A stretch of DNA of 38,552 nt. Origin: a virus. Every line of letters begins with the position of its first letter. Position 1 is the stretch's first letter. The notes under the pieces are model-generated. The model saw nothing but the letters and a program-made list of their open reading frames with translations, did no database searches and was not told where the DNA came from. Below are positions 24,772-35,034 of the stretch, one piece after another. The DNA lies in the IMG/VR virus record IMGVR_UViG_3300028831_000592, positions 1-38,552 of that record. One strand, given 5' to 3'. The position numbers were made by a program, and so were the translations under genes.

Positions 24772-26912
24772 TGACTATCATTCATTACAAAGGTGAAGAT
24801 GTAGAAGTAGGCGATTTGCCAGAGAATGCAACGTCAGAGCAAAAACGGGCTGCATTATTTAAGGCCAGACCTGATGCCGAAGTTGCTTATAAAAAATATG
24901 TAGCAACCAAGCAAGGCGCGCCCAAACCAATTCCCGCAGCTCCTCTCTCGGAAACTGAATCAAAGGTGGCTGAGGATGTAAAGAGAATAAACGAGGGTCA
25001 ACTTCCTATATCGAAATCTGCAAATGCCCCACGTCGTCCTGAGGGTCCTAGAGCACCAATGACACCACAGCAAGAGCGGGCATCTAAAACAGGTAATTAT
25101 GGAAGAAGTGAAACGGTAGATAGACTATTTAAAAACTTAGGCGCAGGTGCGGCAGAAAGCATACACAATGCAGCTTCAAACCTTCCTGATATCTCAGGCG
25201 GAATGCCAGAGAGAGAAAAATTATTAAAACGTTATCTGAAACCACAAGAATCTGAAAAACTTAAATATCATTTAGGCAAGCAAGAAAGGCCAGATTACCA
25301 ACAGAAATTCGGAATCAATGAATCTAATTATAGCCCTGTTACTCAAAAGATTCCTGAGTTAGCAGCTATGTTATTAACGAAACGGCCTCCTTTGTCTAAT
25401 TTAGCAGCCAATGTTCCAGGGGTAGCTGGTGGATTAGCTAGGACAGGACTCAATGCTGCTTCAGAATTTGGCACACAAGCCTCTCTAGGCGCGTTATTCA
25501 ATCCAGAAGATAAAATGGGGCATGCAATACCTCAGGGCACATACGGAGCAGGCGGAAGCGTTTTAGCGGATGCTTTAGCCTCAGCGGATCCAAGATTAAG
25601 ATTTCTTAAAGCTGCTGTTCCTTTTGCGGGAGGTGGTTATGTGGGTTATAACTTACCGGGAGAAGAGGCGCCCGCGTGGAAAAAAATTGGAATGGGAACA
25701 GGAGGTGCTCTTTTAGGTTTAATGGGGCCTAATGCAATTCGTAAACTCCTAGGTGGAGATTCTGGACACTATGCTAGGCCCTACGCTCAAAAGATCATGA
25801 GAACTATGACTCCTGAAGATGCGGCAAGATTGTCAGAGGCTGAAGCAGCCGGAAACAGAGCCGGAATAACCAGTCAGACATTAGGTCAAAAGACGCAAAA
25901 TCCAATCCATTTGGAAGGTGAGAAAAAGCTTGGAACAAATGAGGTCAATGTTCAGAAGTTCAGGGAGAATCAAGAAAAGCAAGTCGAACAAATGACACAT
26001 TCTAAGGAGGCTACAGCCAGATCTCACAGACCGACAGATAGACAAATAAAAGATCAATATGCTGCTTCAGATAAAAGTGCGAATGCAAAGCAGGTTAAGG
26101 GATCTATCGCAAATACAAAAATTGGTGATCCAAGATTAAATAAAAAATTAATAGATGATCCAGAGTATCTAGCCGCTCTTAAAAAAACTTATGAGGATAC
26201 ATCACAAGTTTCTAGGTACGGTCATGAAGACAAATTTAGCATGGCTAGACAAGACAAAGTAAAAAGAAACCTAGATAAAAAAATAGAGAGCATGGAAAAA
26301 CAGATAGCTGAAAAATCCAAGGATGCTCCCTCTGCAGATGATGTTCATCGTGTTAAGGAAGTAAGGCAAGCTTTAATTGATACCTTAGATGAAACATCGA
26401 AAGGGGAATATAAATTAGCCAGAGAGCTTTATGAGAAAAAGGTTTGGGCTGATAAGGTTCATAATTCCTCAATTGAAGAATTTAGGAAGCTGCTTTCTAA
26501 TCCTAAGAGTTTTAAAGATCTAAAAGACACAGTTAAGGGTAATAAATTTCTAGAGCAACGTTACGACGATCTAAGGCTTATATTCCAAAATGTAAAAAGT
26601 ATTGATGTTAACAAGATGGCAAAAGCATTGCCAAAAACTACGTTCTCATCAGCTTTAACCAATCCTATAGAATCAGGGAAAGCTTTAGCAAGGCGTATGT
26701 TAGATGGAAGTTATGAGAAGGCTGCATTATCTTTGTCATTGAATCCTAGGGCTGCAAGGGAGCTACATGAATTATCAAAAGTTTCAGACCCAGCTAAAAG
26801 GGCAGCTTTATTGGTTCAACTTGCGTTCAGATATTCTGGCAACACACATGCGCAAGAACCAAGCTATAAGTTTACTAAAGAAGATTACAAAAAGATGGAA
26901 GGAACCAAATAA
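24771..26912 (+). CDS. Large internal virion (ejection-type) protein
   Basis: 713 aa, with a central Gly-rich hydrophobic stretch (PFAGGGYVGY...GMGTGGALLGLMGP). The assignment is by position. I saw no lysozyme motif. Confidence 0.5.
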   Translation: MTIIHYKGEDVEVGDLPENATSEQKRAALFKARPDAEVAYKKYVATKQGAPKPIPAAPLSETESKVAEDVKRINEGQLPISKSANAPRRPEGPRAPMTPQQERASKTGNYGRSETVDRLFKNLGAGAAESIHNAASNLPDISGGMPEREKLLKRYLKPQESEKLKYHLGKQERPDYQQKFGINESNYSPVTQKIPELAAMLLTKRPPLSNLAANVPGVAGGLARTGLNAASEFGTQASLGALFNPEDKMGHAIPQGTYGAGGSVLADALASADPRLRFLKAAVPFAGGGYVGYNLPGEEAPAWKKIGMGTGGALLGLMGPNAIRKLLGGDSGHYARPYAQKIMRTMTPEDAARLSEAEAAGNRAGITSQTLGQKTQNPIHLEGEKKLGTNEVNVQKFRENQEKQVEQMTHSKEATARSHRPTDRQIKDQYAASDKSANAKQVKGSIANTKIGDPRLNKKLIDDPEYLAALKKTYEDTSQVSRYGHEDKFSMARQDKVKRNLDKKIESMEKQIAEKSKDAPSADDVHRVKEVRQALIDTLDETSKGEYKLARELYEKKVWADKVHNSSIEEFRKLLSNPKSFKDLKDTVKGNKFLEQRYDDLRLIFQNVKSIDVNKMAKALPKTTFSSALTNPIESGKALARRMLDGSYEKAALSLSLNPRAARELHELSKVSDPAKRAALLVQLAFRYSGNTHAQEPSYKFTKEDYKKMEGTK

Positions 26913-29116
26913 TGGCATTGGATGCTCACTATGTAACAGACGGCCCATTAGAAGAATACTTTGTAAGTAAGGATACCGGCTTACCTCTAGCAGGCGGAAC
27001 TCTAACCTTCTACGAGGATTCATCAAGGATTACTCCAAAGCCCGTATACGAGCTTTCAGGCGCCCCTCCTAACTACACTTACACGCCTCTTGATAATCCA
27101 ATGACGCTAAGCGCGGTTGGTACAACTCAAAATGCTGGCGGAGACAATGTCGTTATTTATTATTTTCCTTGGAAAGCAGATGGAATAACGCCTGATTTAT
27201 ATTATATTGTCTGCAAGGATTCGAACGGCGTTGTACAGTTTACACGTGAAGCTTGGCCTAATGGTGTTGTTTCGGGTGGTAGTGGTGAATTAACTACACT
27301 TCCAGTTCAAAATCAGATATCTAACCCACAATTTACCAATATATTAATAAATGATGTTCCTGGATTAACGCCAACTACTACTACTTATACGGTTTCAGTA
27401 GCTAGCAACCAAGTATTTAACTTTGCGCCAGACTGGAATTTTATTATAAGTGGAACTGGAACGGTAACGGTTAGTCGAATAGCATTAACTGGATCTTCTC
27501 AGGTTCCTACTAGCCCTCCATACCTAATACAGGTTGCCGTAGGGACTGGGGTTACACATTGTTATCTTTCACAAAGATTTAACACAAACTCAGGATTATG
27601 GACCAGCACAGAATCTGAATCAATATTCCTCTCTACAAGCATAATGGCCAGAAATGAACAAGGCCTCGATACAAGCATTGAGATGTTCTATAACGCATCT
27701 TCTGGCACAGCAACGCTTATTCCAATATTTGATTCATTAATCCCAGCAGGCGCTCCCTATGCCGTTTATACGGGGTCCAGCGTCGTTCCTCTCCCCGCAT
27801 CGGATGACTCTAATAGCGGAACGGCAGGCTATGTAGATATTTATATTTCATTTGCCCCAAGCTCGAAAGTTAGCATTAGCAGCATCCAAGTTGTCCCAAC
27901 CTTTGATGCCGAAGCAGCTGCAACTTTTTCATATGATGAAACCTCAGCTAATAGAGATGAAGCCCTACAAGGCAGCTATTATTTACCTAGGGTAACGCGC
28001 TCGCCAATTCCAAGTTTACTAACTGGATGGGACTTTCCCCTTAATCCGGCCCAAAAAGGGGATTCTCAAACCGTAGTATTTGGAACTCCAGATTACGTTT
28101 GGGACCAAACCATTTGCAATAGCATTGTAGGGAATGTGGCCGTAACCAGAAATACAGCTACTGGAGGTTTAACGTTAACTCCAGCTGCCTCTAATGATGC
28201 TATGTATATATTGCAGTATCTTACAGGTGCCGAAGCTAAGGAAATGCTTTATACGAGGCTTAGCACCAATATTTCCGCATGGCTGTCTGCCGCTGTCGGA
28301 ACGGTTACCATAAGAGCTTATTTGTTTGTAGGGACTGCCGCATCAACCGTTCCCACGCTTCCGGCCTCAATTGGGAACACTGACAATGTAGGGGTATTTA
28401 CAAAATCTGCTTCTGGGTGGACTGAAATACCAAGAAGCGGATTAGATACGGCTAGGGCCCAAGTGGTAGCTGTTTCTCCTACGGTAAATAATGATATCCA
28501 ATTTACTGGTTGGGAAATAATAAATTCAGGCGTGTTAGCTGATACAAATAAGTTCGCTATGGTCGTAACGATAGCTTGGACAACACCTCCTGTTATTAAT
28601 ATAAATTCCATTTCTCTTAACAAAGGTGACTTACCAACTCGCCCAGCTCCACAAACAAAGGATGAGGTTTTATCTGAGTGCCAATATTATTTTGAAAAGA
28701 GCTATGATTCTGGTGTAAATCCTGGCGCAACCTCTACAAATGGCGCGATGTCATTCCAGTTGTTTACTGAGCCAACAGGGGGTAGTAGTTCGTTTATATT
28801 GGCTAGAAGCTTTTCAATTAGATACAATACTCCTAAAAGAGCAGCGCCAACAGTTGTGATATATTCTCCTGCCACCTTAAACGCATCAGGAAAAGTTCTA
28901 GTAAGAGAGTACTATCAAGGCTCACAGTTAAATACTGCAGATTTCACATTAACAGATTGGTGGGAAACATTCTTTCCTGGAATGAAAGGAATTACCTATC
29001 ATGCAATTGCTACAACATTTATGTTTCAACAAGTGGGTGGTAATTGGGACGGAACATCCGAGGCGCTAGCGTTCTTGCATTATACTGCTGACGCACGCTT
29101 AGGCGTAGTAGCTTAA
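26912..29116 (+). CDS. Tail spike / major tail fibre
   Basis: 734 aa. The N-terminus GLPLAGGTLTFYEDSSRITPKPVY is typical of podovirus fibre and spike N-termini. The rest is beta-rich and S/T/G/N-rich. Confidence 0.6.
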   Translation: MALDAHYVTDGPLEEYFVSKDTGLPLAGGTLTFYEDSSRITPKPVYELSGAPPNYTYTPLDNPMTLSAVGTTQNAGGDNVVIYYFPWKADGITPDLYYIVCKDSNGVVQFTREAWPNGVVSGGSGELTTLPVQNQISNPQFTNILINDVPGLTPTTTTYTVSVASNQVFNFAPDWNFIISGTGTVTVSRIALTGSSQVPTSPPYLIQVAVGTGVTHCYLSQRFNTNSGLWTSTESESIFLSTSIMARNEQGLDTSIEMFYNASSGTATLIPIFDSLIPAGAPYAVYTGSSVVPLPASDDSNSGTAGYVDIYISFAPSSKVSISSIQVVPTFDAEAAATFSYDETSANRDEALQGSYYLPRVTRSPIPSLLTGWDFPLNPAQKGDSQTVVFGTPDYVWDQTICNSIVGNVAVTRNTATGGLTLTPAASNDAMYILQYLTGAEAKEMLYTRLSTNISAWLSAAVGTVTIRAYLFVGTAASTVPTLPASIGNTDNVGVFTKSASGWTEIPRSGLDTARAQVVAVSPTVNNDIQFTGWEIINSGVLADTNKFAMVVTIAWTTPPVININSISLNKGDLPTRPAPQTKDEVLSECQYYFEKSYDSGVNPGATSTNGAMSFQLFTEPTGGSSSFILARSFSIRYNTPKRAAPTVVIYSPATLNASGKVLVREYYQGSQLNTADFTLTDWWETFFPGMKGITYHAIATTFMFQQVGGNWDGTSEALAFLHYTADARLGVVA

Positions 29117-29135
29117 TATTTAAAAGGATTTAATT

Positions 29136-29492
29136 ATGATTACACCATATGTCGCCCAACAAACCGTAACAGACTTTGGACTTAGGTTCTCTAACTTAAA
29201 ATATAGTTGCACCTTAGCCATAACGACTGACACGACCTTAACAATCCCAGGAGCTGCTCCAAGCTATAAAGCTGTCATTAAATGCATGCCGGCAGGCCAG
29301 GTTTGGGTTGCCCTAAATGCCACAGCAGCAGCGCCAGCAGGTAATACCTTTGCGGCAACGACCTCAGAACTCTTAACCCAGGATTATGAGCTTTGTAGAG
29401 AAGTAAAAGCGGGAGATGTGCTACACTTTTTTAGTAGCACAGCAACGACGAATGTAAGCGTAAGTTTATTCGCTTTAAATACACCTAACTAA
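29136..29492 (+). CDS. Small beta-rich structural protein
   Basis: A 118-aa ORF with an AAAAGGA RBS, lying inside the fibre cluster. Confidence 0.5.
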   Translation: MITPYVAQQTVTDFGLRFSNLKYSCTLAITTDTTLTIPGAAPSYKAVIKCMPAGQVWVALNATAAAPAGNTFAATTSELLTQDYELCREVKAGDVLHFFSSTATTNVSVSLFALNTPN

Positions 29493-29505
29493 ATGGAGGC
29501 CATGG

Positions 29506-30723
29506 ATGGCCGATATCAAATGGAGCCAGTTTACCTCTGGCGGTAATGTCCAAGTTGGCGATATAAGCGTTGGCCTTAGAAGTGCCGATAATATACAATT
29601 CACGTTTCCAGGTACTGGGATAGGGGATGCAAATGGCAATCTGATGCTTGGCTATACGTCCCCAGGTGTCGGAGCAATCAATCATGTGCTTATTGAGAAC
29701 GCCGTCACAACTACGCCTCCGTCTATCTCAGCGGCTGGAACCGATACAAATATAGACCTCAAACTATCCTCCAAGGGCGCGAGTAATATCCACCTCAATA
29801 ATGTGCTCGTTGATAATACGGGAGATATATCGGGGATTGCTACAGCAATGTTCTCTGGCTCATCTAGCGGCCAAGCCATATTGAAAGCCCAAGCGGCAGC
29901 TGGAACGCCAACTTTACAACTTCCCAATACTTCCGGCACCTTAGCCTTAACGAGCGCGCTGCCAAGTTTTCCTATCACCCTAGCGCAAGGAGGCACCGGA
30001 GCCTCTCTAACAGCCTCTAACGGGGGTATTTTTTATTCTAATGCATCTACAGGGCAAATACTCGCAGGGACCGCTACGGCGAACCAGGTGCTTTTATCTG
30101 GGGCTTCTACAATGCCTTCTTGGAGCATGGCTACTTATCCTGCGACTACGGCTGCCAATAAGATTTTGTACAGTTCTGCAACTAATACGGTTAGTGAATT
30201 AGCATCAGCGAATAGTGCATCTCTTGTGACCAATTCATCAGGCGTCCCTTCATGGGCTGGCCCTCTGAATGATGGTCAAGTGATTATTGGTGCTACGGGC
30301 GGTACACCACAGGCAGCTAATTTGTCCCAAGGGCCAGGAATCACTATTAATACAGCCGCTCATAATATCACTATCAGTGCAGCAACTGGCGGTGGTGGGT
30401 TAGCCTGGTCAACGATATCTGGCACCACTCAGACGGGCGTAGCAGGGGCGGCTTATATTCCAACAAATGGTGCACTGACCACTATTGATTTGCCGGCTAC
30501 ATGTAACCCAGGCGATATGATAGCCGTTCAGGGACAAGGGAGCGGAATGTGGACGATTCAAGCCAACACGGGCCAAACGATTCATATTGGATCATCCGCA
30601 AGTTCGGTTGCAGGAACCGTTTCTGCAGCAAATCAATATGATGCTATCACTTTAGTTTGTATTGTGGCCGATACGGATTGGGCCATGTATGGACCGGTTT
30701 CATCCGGCTTTGTAATTGTTTAA
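29506..30723 (+). CDS. Tail fibre paralogue F2 (unique N-terminus, GGTG connector, C-terminal module A)
   Basis: LAQGGTGASLTA is the connector. The C-terminal ~105 aa are homologous to the C-termini of 30739..31266 and 31280..31879. Confidence 0.65.
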   Translation: MADIKWSQFTSGGNVQVGDISVGLRSADNIQFTFPGTGIGDANGNLMLGYTSPGVGAINHVLIENAVTTTPPSISAAGTDTNIDLKLSSKGASNIHLNNVLVDNTGDISGIATAMFSGSSSGQAILKAQAAAGTPTLQLPNTSGTLALTSALPSFPITLAQGGTGASLTASNGGIFYSNASTGQILAGTATANQVLLSGASTMPSWSMATYPATTAANKILYSSATNTVSELASANSASLVTNSSGVPSWAGPLNDGQVIIGATGGTPQAANLSQGPGITINTAAHNITISAATGGGGLAWSTISGTTQTGVAGAAYIPTNGALTTIDLPATCNPGDMIAVQGQGSGMWTIQANTGQTIHIGSSASSVAGTVSAANQYDAITLVCIVADTDWAMYGPVSSGFVIV

Positions 30724-30738
30724 TAAAAGGATTTTAAA

Positions 30739-31266
30739 ATGGCTACAAATAATGCACTCAATACGGCAACTGTTCCCTTACCAGGTTCTTTTGGTGGAAC
30801 AGGGGTTAATAACTCAACAAGTACAATAACGATTGGCGGCAATGTAACATTTTCAGGTGCTCATACATTCACCGGAACATTGACTGGAAATACAAGCGTT
30901 ACATTTCCAACCTCAGGAACATTGGCTACAACGGCTAATAGTTTTGTTTGGAACGATGTTTCAGGCACAACTCAAGCTGCCGCGGTCAATAACGGCTATA
31001 TCTGCTCTAATGCTAGCGCCACTACTGTCACTCTTCCGGCGACGGCGGCTGAAGGTTCAGTTGTCTCAGTTCAAGGAAAGGGGGCAGCTGGTTGGGTATT
31101 AGCGGCTAATACAGGGCAAACGATTCAGGTAGGTCAAACAGCGAGCTCAACAGCCGGTTCTGTGACTTCAGCTGCTCAATATGACTCAATATCTGTGGTT
31201 TGTATCACGGCTAACACAACCTGGGCAACCACAAGTGTATTAAGCTCCGGCGTAACCGTAGCATAA
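30739..31266 (+). CDS. Tail fibre paralogue F3 (N-module 1 MATNN.LNTAT...GGTGV, C-module A)
   Basis: Its domains are shared with F2 and F4 (C-terminal) and with F5 and F6 (N-terminal). Confidence 0.65.
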   Translation: MATNNALNTATVPLPGSFGGTGVNNSTSTITIGGNVTFSGAHTFTGTLTGNTSVTFPTSGTLATTANSFVWNDVSGTTQAAAVNNGYICSNASATTVTLPATAAEGSVVSVQGKGAAGWVLAANTGQTIQVGQTASSTAGSVTSAAQYDSISVVCITANTTWATTSVLSSGVTVA

Positions 31267-31279
31267 GAGAGGAACTCAA

Positions 31280-31879
31280 ATGCCGATATTAAGTACAAAC
31301 TTTAATGATATAGCAAACTCAGGCCAGACTCCGACGCTTATAAGAATAGATACGGATGATAGCCTTTCAACGGTTTTGACCGCTGGTTATCTAAATGTCC
31401 TAAAAGAACAGAACCTTCCTTTGAGCGAAGATACGGTAGCTCTGGTTAGCACGGGCGTTGGAGTTCATAAAGCTGTAACAGCTTTGGCTATGGTCTTCTC
31501 AGCTGGCAATTGGAGCCTTGAGATTATGGAAGGCTACGAGCCTGTAGGAGGAGGGCAAGGTATAAGCTTTGTTGGTTTACCAGGCACTTCAAAAACGGCC
31601 GTAATCAATACCGGTTACGTAATTCAAAATGCTAGTCAAACAACGGTTACCCTTCCAGCTGTTGCTCCTGTAGGAGCTGTGGTGGCTATACAAGGTTATG
31701 GGGCAGCTGGTTGGGTATTAGCCCCAGGCGCCGGTCAGAACATTCAGGTAGGGCAATCAAATGCGACTACATCTGTAACCTCAGGTGCTCGATACGATGC
31801 AATCCAAGTAGTCTGCGTTGTAGCCAATACCACATGGACGACTTCTTATCTTGTCAGCGCCGGTGTAACAATTGCATAA
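31280..31879 (+). CDS. Tail fibre paralogue F4 (N-module 2 MPILS..., C-module A)
   Basis: The N-terminal ~90 aa are homologous to F7 and F8. The C-terminus is homologous to F2 and F3, and includes a 23-nt identity, 31700..31722 = 31081..31103. Confidence 0.65.
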   Translation: MPILSTNFNDIANSGQTPTLIRIDTDDSLSTVLTAGYLNVLKEQNLPLSEDTVALVSTGVGVHKAVTALAMVFSAGNWSLEIMEGYEPVGGGQGISFVGLPGTSKTAVINTGYVIQNASQTTVTLPAVAPVGAVVAIQGYGAAGWVLAPGAGQNIQVGQSNATTSVTSGARYDAIQVVCVVANTTWTTSYLVSAGVTIA

Positions 31880-31892
31880 AATGGAGATATAA

Positions 31893-32552
31893 ATGGCAAC
31901 GAATAATCAATTAAATACTGCTACAACCGCTATCTCGGTAGCAGAGGGCGGTACAGGTGTTGCAACCATGACGACCGCTTATACTCCGATTTGCGCCGGT
32001 ACCACTGCCACCGGAAACCTTCAACCAGTAAGTGGGACAGGCCTTGCAAACTCGGGCTGGATACTGACTAGCAATGGCGCTGCCGCCTTACCGACCTTCC
32101 AGGCTCCGGTTATAAATGTTTTATCAGTTCCTCTAACAGCCACTAATGTATTAGCAATGTATGCGACTCCGTTTCAAATAATTGCAGCTCAGGGAAGTAA
32201 TACGCTTATCGTTGTTTATTCGACTATTCTTGAGTATATCCATGGGGGCTCGGCTTTTGCAGGAGGTAGTGGCAGCGGAAATGGTCCTGTCCTTCAATAT
32301 GGAAACTCAGCCCATGCAGCCGGCGACTTATCTTTTATTTCACTTATGGATATAACCTCTGCATCAAGTCAAGTATCGTATGGAGCGGCAAACAATGGTA
32401 ATAATCAATATCCGCTTGTTTTAGCTAATCCATCCTCGGGTGCTGTGAACCAAGGTATTTACGCTACTAATGATACAGCTGCATACACCGGCGGTACAGG
32501 TTCTTCGCTTAGATATACTATTTACTATGCTGTATTGACCACAACTGTTTGA
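31893..32552 (+). CDS. Tail fibre paralogue F5 (N-module 1, C-module B)
   Basis: The N-terminus is MATNNQLNTATTAISVAEGGTGV...CAGTTATGNLQP. The C-terminus ...IYATNDTAAYTGGTGSSLRYTIYYAVLTTTV is homologous to F6 and F7. Confidence 0.65.
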   Translation: MATNNQLNTATTAISVAEGGTGVATMTTAYTPICAGTTATGNLQPVSGTGLANSGWILTSNGAAALPTFQAPVINVLSVPLTATNVLAMYATPFQIIAAQGSNTLIVVYSTILEYIHGGSAFAGGSGSGNGPVLQYGNSAHAAGDLSFISLMDITSASSQVSYGAANNGNNQYPLVLANPSSGAVNQGIYATNDTAAYTGGTGSSLRYTIYYAVLTTTV

Positions 32553-32561
32553 GGATAAAAA

Positions 32562-33227
32562 ATGGCTACAGTTACTAATCAATTAAACAGCGGCACAACA
32601 CCATTAAGCGTCCTGAGTGGAGGAACGGGGGTTAATACGCTGACTACAGCATATGCGCCAGTCTGCGCCGGAACGACTGCAACTGGGGCTCTCCAACCCG
32701 CATCTACCGGCCTTTCTTCTTCTGGATTTTGTCTTACTTCAAATGGTGCGAGCGCATTGCCTTCCTTTCAAGCTTTTCCGGTTACCGTTACAAAACTCTC
32801 TGTTAACCTAACTGCATTAAATCTTACAAGTATGTATACCACACCGGTGCAAATTTTAGCAGCTCAAGGCGCTCACAAACTTATAGTCGTACATGCGGCA
32901 GCAATAGAATATATATTTAACACAACATCATTTACGGGTGGTAGTTCAAATGGCCCCATACTTCAATATGGAAACACGCAACATGCAGGCGGAACTTTAA
33001 TTTTCGCATCAGCCCTGGACATTACAACCAATGTAAGCAAAGTTAGCTATGGCCCAGTCAATGGTTTAGCTGTTTCATCCTTCACGGACATTGCTTTAGT
33101 ATCAGGTACAGGTACATCAATGGTTAATAATGCGATATACGTTACCAACGATACAGCGCCTTATGCATTAGGAAATAGCACTGCACGAGTAACTATATAT
33201 TATTCCGTCTTAACGACCACTATATAA
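32562..33227 (+). CDS. Tail fibre paralogue F6 (N-module 1, C-module B)
   Basis: It is collinear with F5 along its whole length. Confidence 0.65.
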   Translation: MATVTNQLNSGTTPLSVLSGGTGVNTLTTAYAPVCAGTTATGALQPASTGLSSSGFCLTSNGASALPSFQAFPVTVTKLSVNLTALNLTSMYTTPVQILAAQGAHKLIVVHAAAIEYIFNTTSFTGGSSNGPILQYGNTQHAGGTLIFASALDITTNVSKVSYGPVNGLAVSSFTDIALVSGTGTSMVNNAIYVTNDTAPYALGNSTARVTIYYSVLTTTI

Positions 33228-33240
33228 AGGGATAAAAATA

Positions 33241-34752
33241 ATGCCAGTCCTATCGTATCAAGTTAATGCTCCGGGCTACGGGGGGGTCAATCCGAAACTC
33301 GTGTATATTTTTAGTGACGACCCAGTCTCAGTAATCACCGCGCAGGGCTATATAGATTGGTTAGCAAATGGGCAGGGAATCTATACCGGGGATGTCGCTT
33401 TAATTGTTAGCCGTCAAACACCTACATCCGTATTTGCTGCGAATTTTTATGAATTTCAAAGGGTAGGGAATGGTCCCCATTGGGATTTGATCCCTGAGTC
33501 TGGCGGCACTCCGCCTGTCGATTCTGTATCGGGGACATTACATGAAATTATCGCCTCCCCCACTACTGGCAATGTGGTGGTGTCTATTTCTCCTAATGCT
33601 ATTCTTCCTGGTAACGCATCAATCAACCTTCCCGTAGGCAATACCGCTCAGCGTGCTGGTGCTGCTGGCTCTATTCGATTTAATAGCCAACTCTCTCAGT
33701 TTGAAGTCACAGTTGATGGCTCTACATGGGTAGCTTTAACGACGGGAGGAGCAGGGGCCGTATCTAGCGTAACAGGAACCACAAATGAAATTGTCGCATC
33801 TCCAACCACGGGGAATGTCGTAGTTTCTATAGCCAGCAACCCTGTTCTCCCTGGAACAGCGGAAGTCGTTTTACCAACGGGAACCACAGGCCAACGCGGA
33901 AGCACGGCTGGTGGTTTGAGGATGAACACACAACTAAACGAGATAGAGCTTACAAACGATGGAACAAATTGGTACCCGGTTAGCACTGGTAACAACACAG
34001 TTAATAGCGTATCTGGAACCGCTAATCGGATCACCGTTACCGGAACCAATAATGTTATTGTTGATATTGCTTCCAATTATGTGGGACAAAACACCATAAC
34101 GACATTAGGTACTGTAACTACAGGCACATGGAATGCGACTACGATAGCCGTTGCTCATGGTGGAACATCAGGCACCAGCTTCACGGCGAATGCCCCTATC
34201 TGCGGCGGCACATCAAGCACGTCCGTTTTTCAATCAGCCGATGATCAATTTTCCAATGTAGGCTATGTCCTTACTTCCCGAGGTTCCGGAAGCACTCCGA
34301 ACTGGCAGCCAGCACCTGGAGGCGGAGGGTCATTTGTATCCTCTGTCACTCTAAATCAATCTGACATACAAAATATGTATGCGAGTCCGATCCAAATAGT
34401 AGCAGCTCCCGGAAGCAATATGCTAATCGTCGTAGATCAGGTTGTTTTTCAGTATAACCTAATCTCCGGCGGCCCAACATTTGGTGGAGGAGGAACAACA
34501 GGGCTTCAATATATTAATGCTGCGCATGGAGCTGGAACCATCATTGCTTCTTTTCCGGCAGCCATTGGAGGGGTAGATACTATGTATATTTTATCTCCGG
34601 ATTTAACTTTTGGAACGCATGCATCTATCGTAGCCATAATAAATCAGGGATTGTATTTATCAAACCAGACGGCGGCATGGACAGGCGGGAACGCAGGAAA
34701 CTCGGCTAAGATTGATGTTTACTATAGGATCGTATCTACGATTTTTACATAA
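33241..34752 (+). CDS. Tail fibre paralogue F7 (N-module 2, ~80-aa tandem repeats, GGTS connector, C-module B)
   Basis: The N-terminus MPVLSYQVNAPGYGG... parallels F4 and F8. Repeats start at about 33517, 33760 and 34000. The C-terminal ~150 aa parallel F5 and F6. Confidence 0.65.
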   Translation: MPVLSYQVNAPGYGGVNPKLVYIFSDDPVSVITAQGYIDWLANGQGIYTGDVALIVSRQTPTSVFAANFYEFQRVGNGPHWDLIPESGGTPPVDSVSGTLHEIIASPTTGNVVVSISPNAILPGNASINLPVGNTAQRAGAAGSIRFNSQLSQFEVTVDGSTWVALTTGGAGAVSSVTGTTNEIVASPTTGNVVVSIASNPVLPGTAEVVLPTGTTGQRGSTAGGLRMNTQLNEIELTNDGTNWYPVSTGNNTVNSVSGTANRITVTGTNNVIVDIASNYVGQNTITTLGTVTTGTWNATTIAVAHGGTSGTSFTANAPICGGTSSTSVFQSADDQFSNVGYVLTSRGSGSTPNWQPAPGGGGSFVSSVTLNQSDIQNMYASPIQIVAAPGSNMLIVVDQVVFQYNLISGGPTFGGGGTTGLQYINAAHGAGTIIASFPAAIGGVDTMYILSPDLTFGTHASIVAIINQGLYLSNQTAAWTGGNAGNSAKIDVYYRIVSTIFT

Positions 34753-35024
34753 TGAGTCACGCAATTATTAAAATAATGGGGGTATTTATGTCTCCAATAA
34801 CGATGATAGTAGCAGGCACTTTATTTGTTTCATGGAGTGCGGTTGTAATTTATTCGAAACTTTTTAATAAAGATGAATCGGGTATAGAAAAAAAAATAGA
34901 ACATGTAATAGAGCAAGATATTGAGAACGTTTTAAATTTACCATCAGGAACGATGGATGGAAAATTAGATTTTATGGTGCAGTCTCCGGAAGAGCCTGCT
35001 GAGACTAAGGAAGAAAATAAATAA
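34752..35024 (+). CDS. Single-pass membrane protein with an acidic tail, embedded in the fibre cluster (holin-like by shape only)
   Basis: 90 aa. The hydrophobic segment is ITMIVAGTLFVSWSAVVIY and the C-terminal half is acidic. It has a TAATG overlap with F7. Confidence 0.45.
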   Translation: MSHAIIKIMGVFMSPITMIVAGTLFVSWSAVVIYSKLFNKDESGIEKKIEHVIEQDIENVLNLPSGTMDGKLDFMVQSPEEPAETKEENK

Positions 35025-35034
35025 GGAGATTGAG